From Octopus vulgaris (taxonomy: Eukaryota): a stretch of 64,000 bases of DNA. The notes under the pieces are model-generated. The model was given only the letters and a program-made list of their open reading frames with translations. It searched no databases and was not told the origin of the DNA. The position numbers and the translations under genes were made by a program. Position 1 is the first letter of the stretch; each line of letters starts with the position of its first letter. The stretch spans positions 11,036,001 through 11,100,000 of the forward strand of contig OX597827.1 in NCBI GenBank assembly GCA_951406725.2, in the 5' to 3' direction. This document shows positions 1 to 13,515 of the stretch, in pieces.

Positions 1-4
1 TAAT

Positions 5-67
<63 letters not shown>

Positions 68-77
68 GATGATGATG

Positions 78-122
<45 letters not shown>

Positions 123-134
123 GTAGTAGTAGTA

Positions 135-193
<59 letters not shown>

Positions 194-197
194 AATA

Positions 198-228
<31 letters not shown>

Positions 229-333
229 TTAATAATAATAATAATAATTATAATAATGATAATAATAATGATGATGATAATAATAATAATAATAGTAGTA
301 ATAATAATAATAATATTAATAATAATAATAATG

Positions 334-416
<83 letters not shown>

Positions 417-444
417 TATAATAATGATAATAATAATGATGATG

Positions 445-505
<61 letters not shown>

Positions 506-585
506 TGATGATGATGATGATAATAATAATGATAATAATAATAATGATAATAATAGTAATAATAATAATAATAATAATGATAATA
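1..585. repeat. (AAT)n microsatellite with GAT/AGT interruptions
   Basis: Direct triplet repeat; explains the poly-I/N/Y ORFs. Confidence 0.98.
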
Positions 586-1290
586 AAAACTGAACAAAAA
601 AAAAAAAACAGGGTGCTGGAAGAGTGTGAACGATTTTGTGTTCAATAGGACTTATTTCTATAGAGATACTAATTTTAACCATTTTGGAATGTTAAATATT
701 TCACAATTTTTGGATCAAATTTATGGCAGGGATTGTTTTTCCAAATGAGAAGAAATATGTGTAATTTGCGGCCAACTTATTAAATGCATTTGTTATTTTT
801 TTCTTTTAAAAATATTCAATGCTGTTTTTTTTGTTTTTTTTTTTTTTTTTTTGCTTTTCTTTTCTTCCTAGTTTCTGTTTTCGATGATGTAAAAATGTTT
901 TGTGATAATTTCCAGTATTTTAAGATAAGTCACAACCTCTACAGTTAAATCAATGTGTAAGAAGCAGATAGGCATGATGTCTTATTGTTCAAGATTAATT
1001 TTCAATGCACAGTACCCTCATCAGCTGTATATCTATAATCATACAGAATCTTTCATCTTTAAGTTCAACGAAAAATATAGGTCATATACAATCAATATTG
1101 ATTTAATCAGTTTCTTGCAGAAATTTGCATGCTACGTATAATGCAAAGCATGCTACTGAAACTCTAAGCAATCTACATATTCAATGAACATGCCATCTAA
1201 AAACTAAATGCACTGCCTCAAAAGGCAGCTTTCCAATGTAGAATATAAGCAAGCTATCTGCAAACTAAACATTCTACCAAAATAGCAATA

Positions 1291-1709
1291 CTCTCTTTAC
1301 AATCTTTTCACTCTTTTTCTTGTTTCAGTCATTTTGACTGCGGCCATGCTGGAGCACCGCCTTTTAGTCGAGCAACTCGGCCCCGGGACTTATTCTTTTG
1401 TAAGCCCAGTACTTATTCTATCGGTCTCTTTTGCTGAACCGCTAAGTGACGAGGACGTAAACACACCAGCATCGGCTGTCAAGCAATGCTAGGGGGACAA
1501 ACACAGACACACAAACACATACACACACATATATATAAATACATATATACGACGGGCTTCTTTCAGTTTCCGTCTACCAAATCCACTCACAAGGCGTTGG
1601 TTGGCCCGAGGCTATAGCAGAAGACACTTGCCCAAGATGCCACGCAGTGGGACTGAACCCGGAACCATGTGGTTGGTTAGCAAGCTACTTACCACACAGC
1701 CACTCCTGC
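1291..1709 (-). mobile_element. SINE-A (tRNA-derived, ~400 bp), full length
   Basis: Head GCAGGAGTGGCTGTGTGG (A-box-like) and GGTTCAGTCCC (B-box-like), internal (TA)n(TG)n, tail (AGTAAAAG)n; about 20 copies in the window. Confidence 0.92.
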
Positions 1710-1803
1710 AAATGTATTTGATGTAGAGAGACAAGAAATTCTAATCAAGATTATTAAATGACTAATTTTGCTCAAAAATCTAGGGAGGCAACTGGACCAA
1801 ACC

Positions 1804-2064
1804 AAGCCTGTCGTATATATGTATATATATATGTATATATGTGTGTGTTTGTGTGTCTGTGTTTGTCCCCCTAGCATTGCTTGACAACCGATGCTGGTGT
1901 GTTTATGTCCCCGTCACTTAGCAGTTCGGCAAAAGAGACCGATAGAATAAGTACTGGGCTTACAAAGAATAAGTCCCGGGGTCGAGTTGCTCGACTAAAG
2001 GCGGTGCTCCAGCATGGCCGCAGTCAAATGACTGAAACAAGTAAAAGAGTAAAGAGTAAAGAGT
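1804..2064 (+). mobile_element. SINE-A, 5'-truncated
   Basis: Matches the 3' two-thirds of SINE-A. Confidence 0.9.
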
Positions 2065-2234
2065 ATACACTTAAGGCATCGAGGGAAATGGTAAAAGGTT
2101 TACAGCACAAAAGAAATCACTTTAAATTTGCTAAAATAATATTCAATGTTTTTTATATGATTGGAAATGTAATTTCAAAGTGGTCATGTTGTCATAGTGA
2201 GGATCTGATCAAAGATTATGCAATTAAAAAATGT

Positions 2235-2655
2235 AGGAGAATAACTTATGAAGAAAGGCTGAAGACGCTCGACCTTTATTCTCTAGAAAAACGCCACCGC
2301 CGTGGTGATCTCATTCTTGCTCTCAACATAATGGAAAGTGTAACCTCTCGAAAGAGCTGTTCTTCACTCCTGCTCCAGAGCGTCGGCTGCGGGGTCACTT
2401 CGAAAAGCTCTATCTGCGACGATTTCATCTCAATCGAAGGAGAGGGGCTTTCTTCGTCCGAGTTGCGGATCCGTGGAATAAGCTGCCGGACGAGATAGTG
2501 AAGATGGCGACGACCACTCGGTTCAAAGTCCCTCTTGACAAGAAATGGCCTGAACTCTTTGCATGAACACCACCCTGTACATAACTCCATGTCCCCCTAA
2601 ATGGCCTTGCTTTTTGCTTTTTGGGCCAAAAAATTAACTTAACTTAACTTAACTT
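2235..2655 (+). mobile_element. CR1-clade LINE 3' end (ORF2 C-terminus, frameshifted) with (AACTT)n tail
   Basis: Translates YEERLKTLDLYSLEKRHRRGDLI, then after a frameshift LRGH..KL..RRGAFFVRVADPWNKLP, typical of the CR1 ORF2 C-terminus; tandem AACTT tail at 2635-2655. Confidence 0.85.
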
Positions 2656-2777
2656 TCAAATATAAAGTGGAAATATACAAAAATAAACATTATTTTCCCT
2701 CTTACTGTTAGTTTTGTTTCATTTTGAAAAACAAAAACTTATTTTATGGTTTATTATTGTTTATATTTTGAATTGTG

Positions 2778-3021
2778 GGGACACGTGGCTTAGTGGTTAG
2801 GGTGTTGAACTCATGATCGTAAGGTTGTGGTTTCGATTCCTGGATCGGGCGATGCGTTGTGTTCTTGAGCAAAACACTTCATTTCAAGTTGCTCCAGTCC
2901 ACTCAGCTGGCAAAAATGAGTAATCCTGCGATAGACCAGTGTCCTGTCCAGGTGAGGAATTTCTACACCACTGAAACCAGGAAACCTGCCCTTATGAGCC
3001 TAGTATGGCTCAAGAAGGAGC
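2778..3021 (+). mobile_element. SINE-B (tRNA-derived) copy
   Basis: TGGCTTAGTGG A box, GTTTCGATTCC B box, TTGAGCAAAACACTT core; related copies elsewhere. Confidence 0.8.
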
Positions 3022-3702
3022 ATTTATTTATTTTTTATTTTATATTTTGAATTACATATATATATGGAGGCAGCAAAATCTTTTAAGTGGTGAAGGCCTC
3101 TTAATCCAGCCCTATGCATGCATCAAATCATCAAGCCTAACACAAGAAAGAAGAGGCTGCTTGTGAAACTCTAATGAATTTAGAAAACCAAAAGTGTTTG
3201 ACTTGAGCTCACAAGAGCTCTCTGCATACAGGTATGTGCCAGAGGATTAAAAGAGCCAGGTAAGAGAAAATTATTTTGGACCTGGTGAAGTGACACACAC
3301 AAGTCTTATCCAATGATATGATACAAACCAACAACTCTTCAGTTAATAGGCTGACATTGTATAGACACACTTTAATACTAGAGAGAAGTTAAGATAAAAG
3401 GAAAGACAAAAAAATCTGAAATCTAATACAGTAAATAACCAAACTTGATATTTTTCTACTAATTTGCGAAAGTGAACATAGTTGTCTCTTACAAATGAGT
3501 ATGACTTTGTAGCATGTATCATGCTTTTGCTACTCACTTTTCGTGACAAAGTCTTTGCAAGTAATCATAAATACATTCTCAGCCACCAAACTCTTGAGCT
3601 AGCCAAACACTGATGAAAAGATAGCTGGAAGGAGGGAGCGCTCTATGAGTACTTAGATCTTCTAGATTTCAATTGAAATTCCTACCATCCAACCGTTTTC
3701 TT

Positions 3703-6180
3703 CACCCACTTTTCCACTCACTATTTTTCTACAGGTCCCACTGTCCTGCACCCTCTATTCCTCCACAGGTCCCACTGTCTTCCACCCACTATTCCTCCAC
3801 AGGTCCCACTGTCTTCCACACACTATTCCTTCACAGGTCCCACTGTCTTCCACCCGCTATTCCTCTACAGGTCCCACTGTTCTCCACACATTATTCCTCT
3901 ACAGGTCCCACTGTTCTCTACCCACTATTCCTCTACAGGTCCCACTGTTCTCCACCCACCATTCCTACACAGGTCCCACTGTTCTCCACCCACTATTCCT
4001 CAACAGGTCCCACTGTCTTCCACCCACTATTCCTCTACAGGTCCCACTGTTCTCCACCCACTAATCCTCAACAGGTCCCACAGTTCTCCACCTACTATTC
4101 CTCTACAGGTCCCACTGTTCTCTACCCACTATTCCTCAACAGGTCCCACTGTCTTCCATCCATTATTCCTCTATAGGTCCCACTGTTCTCCACCCACTAT
4201 TCCTCAACAAGTCCCACAGTTCTCCACCTACTATTCCTCTACAGGTCCCACTGTTCTCTACCCACTATTCCTCTACAGGTCCCACTGTTCTCCATCCACT
4301 ATTCCTCTATAGGTCCCACTGTTCTCTACCCACTATTCCTCTACAGGTCCCACTGTTCTCCACCCACTATTCCTTAAAAGGTCCCACTGTTCTCCACCCA
4401 CTATTCCTCTACAGGTCCCACTGTTCTCCACCCATTATTCCTTTACAGGTCTGACTGTTCTCCACCCACTATTCCTCAACAAGTCCCACTGTCTTCCACT
4501 CACTATTCCTCCACAGGTCCCATTGTCTTCCACTCACTATTCCTCCACAGGTTCCACTGTCTTCCACCCAGTATTCCTCAACAGGTCCCACTATTCTCCA
4601 CCCACTATTCCTCTTCAGTTCCTACTATTCTCCACCCACTATTCCACTTCAGTTCCCACTATTCCCCTGCCACTATTCCTCTTCAGTTCCCACTATTCCT
4701 CAACAGGTTCCACTATTCTCCACCCACTATTCCTCAACAGGTCCCACTATTCCTCCACAGGTCCCACTGTCTTCCATTCACTATTCCTCCACAGGTCCCA
4801 CTGTCTTCCACACACTATTCCTCCACAGGTCCCACTGTCTTCCACACACTATTCCTCAACAGGTCTCACTGTCTTCCACTCACTATTCCTCCACAGATCC
4901 CACTGTCTTCCACCCACTATTCCTCCACAGGTTCCACTGTCTTCCACACACTAATCCTCAACAGGTCCCACTGTCTTCCACCCACTATTCCTCCACAGGT
5001 CCCACTGTCTTCCACTCACTATTCCTCCACAGGTCCCACTGTCTTCCACCCACTATTCCTCCACAGGTCCCACTGTCTTCCACTCACTATTCCTCCACAG
5101 GTCCCACTGTCTTCCACCCACTATTCCTAAACAGGTCCCACTGTCTTCCACCCACTATTCCTCTACAGGTCCCACTGTCTTCAATCCACTATTCCTCTAC
5201 AGGTACCACTGGTCTCCACCCAGTATTCCTCTATAGGTCTCACTGTTCTCCACCCAGTATTCCTCAACAGGTCCCACTATTCCCCATCCACTATTCCTCT
5301 ACAGGTTCCACTATCTTCCTCCCACTATTCCTCTATAGGTCCCACTATTCCCCACCCACTATTCCTCTACAGGTTCCACTATCTTCCTCCCACTATTCCT
5401 CTACAGGTCCCACCGTTCTCCACCCAGTATTCCTCTACAGATCTCACTATTTTCCACCCATTATTCCTCTACAGGTCCCACTATTTTCCACCCACTATTC
5501 CTCTACAGGTTCCACTATCTTCCTCCCACTATTCCTCTACAGGTCCCACTGTTCTCCACCCACTATTCCTCTACAGGTCCCACTGTTCTCCACCCACTAT
5601 TCCTCTATATGTCCCACTGTCTTCCACCCACTATTCCTCTACAGGTCCCACTGTTCTCCACCCACTATTCCTCTACAGGTCCCACTGTTCTCCACCCACT
5701 ATTCCTTTACAAGTCCCACTGTTCTCCACCCACTATTCCTCTACAGGTCCCACTGTTCTCCACCCACTATTCCTCTACAGGTCCCACTGTTCTCCACCCA
5801 CTATTCCTCTACAGGTCCCACTGTTCTCCACCCACTATTCCTCAACAGGTCCCACTATTCTCCACCCACTATTCCTCTACAGGTCCCACTGTTCTCCACC
5901 CACTATTCCTCTATATGTCCCACTGTCTTCCACCCACTATTCCTCTACAGGTCCCACTGTTCTCCACCCAGTATTCCTCTACAGGTCCCACTATTCTCCA
6001 CCCACTATTCCTCTACAGGTCCCACTGTTCTCCACCCACTATTCCTCTACATGTCCCACTATTTCTCTACAGGTCCCACTGTTCTCCACCCACTATTCCT
6101 CTACAGGTCCCACTGTCTTCCACCCACTATTCCTCTACAGGTCCCACTGTTCTCCACCCACTATTCCTCTATAGGTCCCA
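3703..6180. repeat. 34-bp minisatellite, ~70 copies (CACCCACTATTCCTCTACAGGTCCCACTGTTCTC)
   Basis: Direct tandem repeat; variant units (TCTTC/TTCTC, CTAC/CCAC/CAAC) occur in blocks. Confidence 0.97.
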
Positions 6181-6189
6181 ATGAAAATG

Positions 6190-6466
6190 GCACTCCATCA
6201 GTTCAACAGAACAACTTGCTTGTGAAATTAACCTGCAAGTGGCTGAGCATTCCACAAACATGTGTATCCTTAATATGGTTCTCAAGGAGATTCAGCATGG
6301 CAAGGCTGGTCCTTTGAAATATAGATACTACACATTTTTGTCAGCTGAATAGACTGGAGCAATGTAAAATAAAGTGTCTTGCTCAAGGACACAATGGATC
6401 ACCATGAATTGAATTCATGACCTTACGATCATGCACCAGATAATCTAACCACCAAGCTATGCACCT
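6190..6466 (-). mobile_element. SINE-B diverged copy
   Basis: Reverse complement similar to 54003-54320 and 59972-60357. Confidence 0.75.
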
Positions 6467-6863
6467 TAACAAGGTCACAATCAGAAGCAAGCTTTATTTA
6501 CAATTCATTAGTAGATTCCCAAGTGTGAACACATGTGATTATGGATACCGTTTAACCATTTCATTCTTGGTCTGCCTATGGGTCCCACTGTTCTCCACTT
6601 TAAAAAGGTCCACTTTAAAAAAATCCATGTCACTGGCACTTTTACTTTCTTTTAAAGAAAATATTCAACTGAGAACTCTGAATGCTGAAGGATCAATTCT
6701 TCCATTTATGTGTTTTGGTTTGCAAGATCCCTAATGTGAAATCGGGTGTTGAAACAGACATTTTTATATTTCAGGGTGGACATTTCTTTTCTTTTCTTTG
6801 CCACATGAGCACATGTGTTGTATATTCGCTCTTCACTTCAGCTTTATTATTGTTCTTATTTTA

Positions 6864-7222
6864 AATCGAATTGAACCAGCCAGGATCCCTGGTCTGGTGG
6901 TACGTAAAAAGCACCATCCGACTCGTGGCCGATGCCAGCGCCGCCTCGACTGGCCTCCATGCTGGTGGCACGTAAAATACACCAATCCGACTGTGGCCGT
7001 TGCCAGCCTCGCCTGGCACCTGTGCAGGTGGCACGTAAAAAGCACCCACTACACTCACGGAGTGGTTGGCGTTAGGAAGGGCATCCAGCTGTAGAAACAT
7101 TGCCAGATAAGACTGGAGCCTGGTGCAGCCTTCTGGCTTCCCAGATCCCTGGTCGAACCGTCCAACCCATGCTAGCATGGAGAACAGACGTTAAATGATG
7201 ATGATGATGATGATGATGATGA
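6864..7222 (+). mobile_element. RTE-clade LINE 3' UTR with (GAT)n tail
   Basis: Repeated TGGCACGTAAAA motif also follows the RT ORF at 58340-58360; ends GCTAGCATGG..CGTTAAA(TGA)n. Confidence 0.75.
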
Positions 7223-7521
7223 CATCTTGTGACCTTTTCAGCAGCTCTTCATCCCATGGGTCTCCTCCTGCCCTGTTTTTCTAAAAAGACAGAACAGACT
7301 AAACGGAACAAGAGGAAACATGTGATGGAGAGTTGCTGAAGAGGTCACAAAATGTGTGATGAAAGATTTTAGAAGAAGGTCACTAAAATAAAAGCAATAA
7401 TAGATCTAAAGGGAAGAACAAATATACAATGCATGGATTTAATTGACAAAAGAAAGAAAATGATAATCCTGACATATATGACATTAGGATAATTCTTCTT
7501 ATTAACTAATTTATAACTATA

Positions 7522-7945
7522 GGCGCAGGAGTGGCTGTGTGGTAAGTAGCTTGCTAACCAACCACATGGTTCCGGGTTCACCCCCACTGTGTGGCATCTT
7601 GGGCAAGTGTCTTCTGCTATAGCCCCGGGCTGACCAATGCCTTGTGAGTGGATTTGGTAGACGGAAACTGAAAGAAGCCTGTCGTATATATGTATATATA
7701 TATATATGTGTGTATGTGTGTGTGTTTGTGTGTCTGTGTTTGTCCCCCTAGCATTGCTTGACAACCAATGCTGGTGTGTTTACGTCCCCGTCACTTAGCG
7801 GTTCGGCAAAAAGAGGCCGATAGAATAAGTACTGGGCTTACAAAAAAGAATAAGTCCCGGGGTCGAATTGCTCGACTAAAGGCGGTGCTCCAGCATGGCT
7901 GCAGTCAAATGACTGAAACAAGTAAAAGAGTAAAAGAGTAAAAGA
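7522..7945 (+). mobile_element. SINE-A, full length
   Basis: Family match. Confidence 0.93.
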
Positions 7946-8099
7946 ATCTTTCTGGAACTCCCTGGCAGACCAAACATTCATCTCTAACAATACATACATA
8001 TACCTAGGATTATTCCCCATTTTTTATTAGGAGTGGGTAGCCACAAGACACAGACCAGACATTCCATTCATTTCCCTGCTCAAAGAGGTGAACCCTGTC

Positions 8100-8413
8100 C
8101 TATGCTTTGGTCAAGGCATAGAACGCAACCCCCCAGTATCAGCAGTGGGGCCTGACAGCATATGCTGGTTCTGTACCCCTTTAAACAACATCAAATTCAC
8201 TCATCCCTCCACAAACACACTCCAAGCATTCCTATCTTTTATGAACCCTCTTTTCTCTCTCACTCCAACACCTGTAACCACCAAAGCTTTCCTCGCTCCA
8301 CCTATCCACAGAAACTGAGGTCTGCCTCTGGTTCTGCTGCCAACCTCTTCAGCCTTCATCACCCACCTTACCATCCACTCCACATCCATCCTCTCCATGT
8401 GGCCAAACCACCT
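8100..8413 (-). mobile_element. Old RTE-like LINE ORF C-terminal fragment
   Basis: RWFGHMERM..VRWVMKAEEVGSRTRGRP..W motif. Confidence 0.75.
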
Positions 8414-8656
8414 CATCATCATCATTCATCATTGTTCGACCGTGGTCGAGACAATGGAATTTACCATGCTACGCCAGACTTCACGGTCCATCATGGCATT
8501 ACGGAGGTCCTGTTGCTGGATGCCTGTATCCCTGGAGATTACATCAGGGTAGGAGAGTGTGCGCCCTCTGGTATTGCGAGAAGATGGCTTCCAGAGGAGA
8601 AGAGTAGAAATTACCTCTTTTTCAGCTCTACAACAATGTCCAGCAAACTGGACTCT
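8414..8656 (-). mobile_element. RTE-clade LINE 3' end (second family) with (GAT)n tail, abutting the older LINE
   Basis: Minus strand reads RVQFAGHCCRAEKEVISTLLLWKPSSRNTRGRTLSYPDVISRDTG..AMMDREVWRSMV..*, followed by GAT repeats. Confidence 0.85.
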
Positions 8657-9216
8657 CTTACTTTTTTTTTTAATCGAGCGACCTCAGCAGTTGTCTCTCC
8701 ATTCTGGTTGTTAGTTTTTCTCTCATTCCTGCTCACCTCTTCTTCCTCATCCTGTCCATCCATGTCACACCAACCATAGCCCTCAAGCATATCTAACTAT
8801 AGCCCTGCCAAAATTCAAAATTTGCATAAACCACACTAGCAACAAATGGTTTGGAGAGTTTTTATGTCTCTTCATATTTCCATCAATGTTCACCATTTCC
8901 ATTTTGGTCAAAAGGTTACTCTATCTCTCTCTTTTACTTGTTTCAGTCATTTGACTGCGGCCATGCTGGAGCACTGCCTTTAGTCGAGCAAGTGACCGGG
9001 ACGTAAACACACCAGCATTAACAGCATTAACTAATTTCTGACTTAGTATGTGCATATGCATGTATGTGTGTGTGTGTGTGCGCACAGGTGTGTGCATGTT
9101 TATGTTTCTATACACAAACACTTTGACTCATGCATATGCACACATACACATGCACATACACAGACACACACATATACATGCATACACACACATATATACA
9201 TATACACACCACTGCA

Positions 9217-9640
9217 GGTGCAGGAGTGGCTGTGTGGTAAGTAGCTTGTTTACCAACCACATGGTTCCGGGTTCAGTCCCACTGCGTGGCATCTTGGGCA
9301 AGTGTCTTCTACTATAGCCTCGGGCCGACCAAAGCCTTGTGAGTGGATTTGGTAGACGGAAACTGAAAGAAGCCCGTCGTATATATGTATATATATATGC
9401 GTGTGTGCGTTTGTGTGTCTGTGTTTGTCCCCATAGCATTACTTGACAACCGATGCTGGTGTGTTTATGTCCCTGTTACTTAGCGGTTCGGCAAAAGAGA
9501 CCGATAGAATAAGTACTGGGCTTACAAAAGAATAAGTCCCGGGGTCGAGTTGCTCGATTAAAAAAAAAAAAAAGGCGATGCTCCAGCATGGCCGCAGTCA
9601 AATGACTGAAGCAAGTAAAAGCGTAAAAGAGTAAAAGAGT
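9217..9640 (+). mobile_element. SINE-A, full length
   Basis: Family match; a deleted minus-strand 3' fragment lies at 8927-9017. Confidence 0.93.
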
Positions 9641-9960
9641 ATACATACATACAAACATAAATACATACATACATGCATATATACGTACGAATATACATAC
9701 GTGCATACACATATCTGTGGTGCACTAGTGCCCTATAAATGCACTATTGCCTCACAAATTGAAACACTGCCCTAACATATTATTAAAGAAATATTTTTTA
9801 AAATATAAAGAATATATGGAGTGGTCATGGAGGGAATGTCTCTAATCATTAGTCTTCAGAATTTTGAGCTTAGCAGCAGCAACAACAATGAAAATCAAAA
9901 CAATATTTCACCAATATATAACCAAGTAATTAGTCAATACATTTCACACCAATGTTCACC

Positions 9961-10802
9961 ATTACCACTGCTACCACCACCACCACCACCACCACCACCA
10001 CCACCCACCACCACCACCACCACCACCACCACCACCACCACCACCACCACCACCACTGCTGCCACCAACACCACCACCACCACCATCACCATCAATACCA
10101 CTGCTCACAACACTCCAACCTATACTACCACCACTGCTGGTATCACAATAACAACCATCACCAACACTACCACTGCCACCACCATCACCACGATTACAAC
10201 CACCACAACCATCACCATCACCAACACTACCACTGCCACCACCACGATAACAACCACTACAACCATCACCACCACCACTACCACCACCATCATACCATCA
10301 ACATTACTACCACTACCACAACCAGTACCACTACCGCAACGACCACCACCACCACCACCATCATACCATCAACATTACTACCACTAACACTACTACTACC
10401 GCAACCAGTACCACCACAAACAACAACAATACAAACCACTACCACCACTACCACCACCATCATACCATCAACATTACTACCACTAACACTAACACTACCA
10501 CTACCGCAACCACCACCACCACCACCACCACCACCACTACCACCACCATCATACCATCAACATTACTACCACTACCACAACCAGTACCACTACCGCAACC
10601 ACCACCACCACCACCATCATACCATCAACATTACTACCACTAACACTACTACTACTGCAACCAGTACCACCACAAACAACAACAATACAAACCACTACCA
10701 CCACTACCACCACCATCATACCATCAACATTACTACCACTACCGTACCACCACCACCACCACCACCACCACCACCACCACCACACCATCATACCATCACC
10801 AC
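9961..10802. repeat. Compound (CAC/TAC/CAA)n repeat with recurring CATACCATCAACATTACTACCACT block
   Basis: Block recurs at about 10291, 10362, 10461, 10550, 10618 and 10717. Confidence 0.93.
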
Positions 10803-11394
10803 AGCATTAGCAACACTTACACTTTTGATCGCATACTTCAGCAGATATTTTGACACATTTTACACAAATCGAATTCCGTCTCCCTTAAAAATCCTATCAA
10901 TATCCCAGACATCTGCCTCGGCTTGTGTCACAGTGTTACAGGGTAAACTGGTGTGGAATTCTCCTATGTCTCTTTCAGGTAGAAAGAAAGTGGATGATGT
11001 TTGCAGAGGAATGAATGTACAAAAACCAGAAGTGTGCGGTGGTTGTGGTGGTGGTGGTGGTGGTGGTGGTGGTGTTGGTGCTTGGGATGGGTTGTGGGGG
11101 GATGAAAAGGCATTTCTGTCTTTTCTCGAGGGTATTAACTGCAGAAGTAGTGTGGCTGATGATGTGATGTAGTTAGAATGAGGAACTGAAATCGTGTCAC
11201 AAAAAATAGCTTGGTATGTATGAGTTGTGTGTGTGTGTGTGTTTATATATGTATATATATGTGTATATATATATATATAAACATGCAACACACACACACC
11301 ATCATCACCACCACCATCACCACCACAATAACACCCACCACAACCATCACTACCGCCACCTCACACACAAATACACACACACATATATACATAC

Positions 11395-11442
<48 letters not shown>

Positions 11443-11444
<2 letters not shown>

Positions 11445-11830
11445 TCTTTTATACTCTTTTACTTGTTTCAGTCATTTGACTGTGGCCATGCTGGAGCACC
11501 GCCTTTAGTCGAGCAAATCGACCCTGGGACTTATTCTTTGTAAGTCCAGTACTTATTCTATCGGTCTCTTTTGCCGAACCACTAAGTGACGGGGACGTAA
11601 ACACACCAGCATCAGTTGTCAAGCAATGCTAGGGGGACAAACACAGACACACAAACACACACACACATATATACGACAGGCTTCTTTCAGTTTCCATCTA
11701 CCAAATCCACTCACAAGGCATTGGTCAGCCTGGGGCTATAGCAGAAGACACTTGCCCAAGATGCCACGCAGTGGGACTGAACCCGGAACCATGTGGTTGG
11801 TTAGCAAGCTACTTACCACACAGCCACTCC
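11443..11830 (-). mobile_element. SINE-A, full length
   Basis: Family match; an older diverged copy lies at ~11955-12170. Confidence 0.92.
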
Positions 11831-12289
11831 ATATATATATATGCATTTGGATTTGGTAGCTGGAAACTGAAAGAAGCCTGTCTATATATATATGTATGCA
11901 TGTATGTATGTGTGTGTGTGTGTGTATCAATGTAGGTATGTGTGTATGTATGTATCTTTTATCTTTTACTCGTTTCAGTCATTAGACTGCAACCATGCTG
12001 GGGCACTACCTTGAAGGGTTTTAGATGAATGAATCGGTCTCAGTATTTATTTTATTAAAGCATCATACTTATTCTATTCATCTCTGGCACTGAAGTTACA
12101 AAGAACATAAACAAACTAACACTGATTGTCAATCAGTGTTGTTAGGGAGCAAATACAAAGACACACATTTAGATATATACTTATATATACATATACAGAT
12201 AAGCATATATATATATATATATTGGATCGTTAGCCCCTACACGCAAATTTTTTCTCTCCTTGTTTCTCTCTTTGTTTCTTTTCTGTGTA

Positions 12290-12327
12290 TCTTTCTGTTG
12301 AAGAGCATAGGCTCGAAACGTTAAAGA
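12290..12327 (+). ncRNA. Minimal hammerhead-ribozyme-like motif (Penelope-like terminus)
   Basis: TCTTT-CTGTTGA-A-GAGC-atag-GCTC-GAAACGTT-AAAGA: stem I, stem II and GAAA core present; non-canonical CUGUUGA box. Confidence 0.45.
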
Positions 12328-12453
12328 CTTGTTTTATTTATATTCCTGAGCGCCATTCTAATACATTGTTTGTTTGTATTCCACCTGCCTTCGTCTTTTG
12401 TTTATTTTCGTAAATCTGCCTTCCTTTTTTGTTTATTTTCGTAAACCTTCCCG

Positions 12454-12494
<41 letters not shown>

Positions 12495-12732
12495 CATATA
12501 TATATATTGAATGCAAATTTAATGTGCAAATTTGTAATTAAATTATTGAGTATTAATTGAAATATCTGTAAGAAGCGAAGATGACCAATTTATCAATAAT
12601 AAATAATTAACTTCCTTATCTCCATTTTCTTTCCTTCTTTTAACTGGATATAAACTATATATATATATATACACACCCACATATATGCACACATATATAT
12701 ACACATCCATATACATATATATGTATGTATAT

Positions 12733-12775
<43 letters not shown>

Positions 12776-13140
12776 GATATACATAGATAAATAAATCATT
12801 ATTCAGTTTTATATCAAGATTTCTTGTCAATAGAAGAAGTTGGTTTCTAAGCGAGATCCAAGCCTCCTTCACTGGAATTTCACCAACATCAACAGGGTAT
12901 TTTTGTATGTATGCATGTATACATGCAGTTTTGTCTGTTTTGTTTCATGTATATATTCTCATGCGTATAGTTGCAAATCTAAACATTCTCATATATACCT
13001 AAATGATAAACTTCTGGGAAGTTTTACAGATTTTTACAGTTCCAGTGATGGATTGGATTTGTAGTCTTCAAATCAGCTTTCTCCTTTTTGGTTTTGAGAA
13101 GCCTAACTTCTCAAGATTGGTATTTAGGCAGTGTGTTACA

Positions 13141-13515
13141 TCATCATCATTATCATCATCGTTTAACGTCCGTTTTCCATGCTAGCATGGGTTGGATGAT
13201 TTGACTGAGGACTGGCGAATTAGATGGCTGCACCAGGCTCCAATCTGATCTGACAGAGTTTCTACAGCTGGATGCCCTTCCTAATGCCAACCACTCCAAG
13301 AGTGTAGTGGGTGCTTTTACATTCCACTGGCATGAAGGTCAGTCAGGTGGTACTGTCAACGATCACGCTCAAGTGGTGTTTTTTACGTGCCACCTGCACA
13401 GGAGCCAGTCCAGCAGTACTGCCAACGACCTCACTCAAATGTTTTTTCATGTGCCACCGGCATAAGTGCCAGTAAGGTGACGCTGGTAACGATCACACTA
13501 GAATGGTGCTTTTCC
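13141..13515 (-). mobile_element. RTE-clade LINE 3' UTR
   Basis: Reverse complement of the 6864-7222 family, with (CAT)n tail at left. Confidence 0.75.

Noticed and set aside
57-682. Poly-I/N/Y/L ORFs, and similar poly-D/H/M/G/T/YI/HT ORFs throughout
   Set aside because: Translations of microsatellites with no splice or domain support.
3225-3266. Donor-like CAG|GTATGT and CAG|GTAAGA with MCQRIKRA
   Set aside because: Phase 2, no clear acceptor or promoter context; could be chance.
3673-6317. Repetitive ORFs in the minisatellite; CRISPR-like appearance
   Set aside because: The 34-bp unit is not a multiple of 3, there are no unique spacers or cas genes, and the context is eukaryotic.
7522-7595. 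tRNA-like heads of SINE-A/B/C as tRNA genes
   Set aside because: A/B boxes present but no full cloverleaf, and always attached to SINE bodies.
9821-11172. 406-aa mucin/His-rich ORF
   Set aside because: Open because CAC-type repeats lack stop codons; reads in several frames.
11626-11859. Recurrent ORFs such as [33 protein letters not shown]
   Set aside because: Antisense translations of SINE-A, not a gene family.
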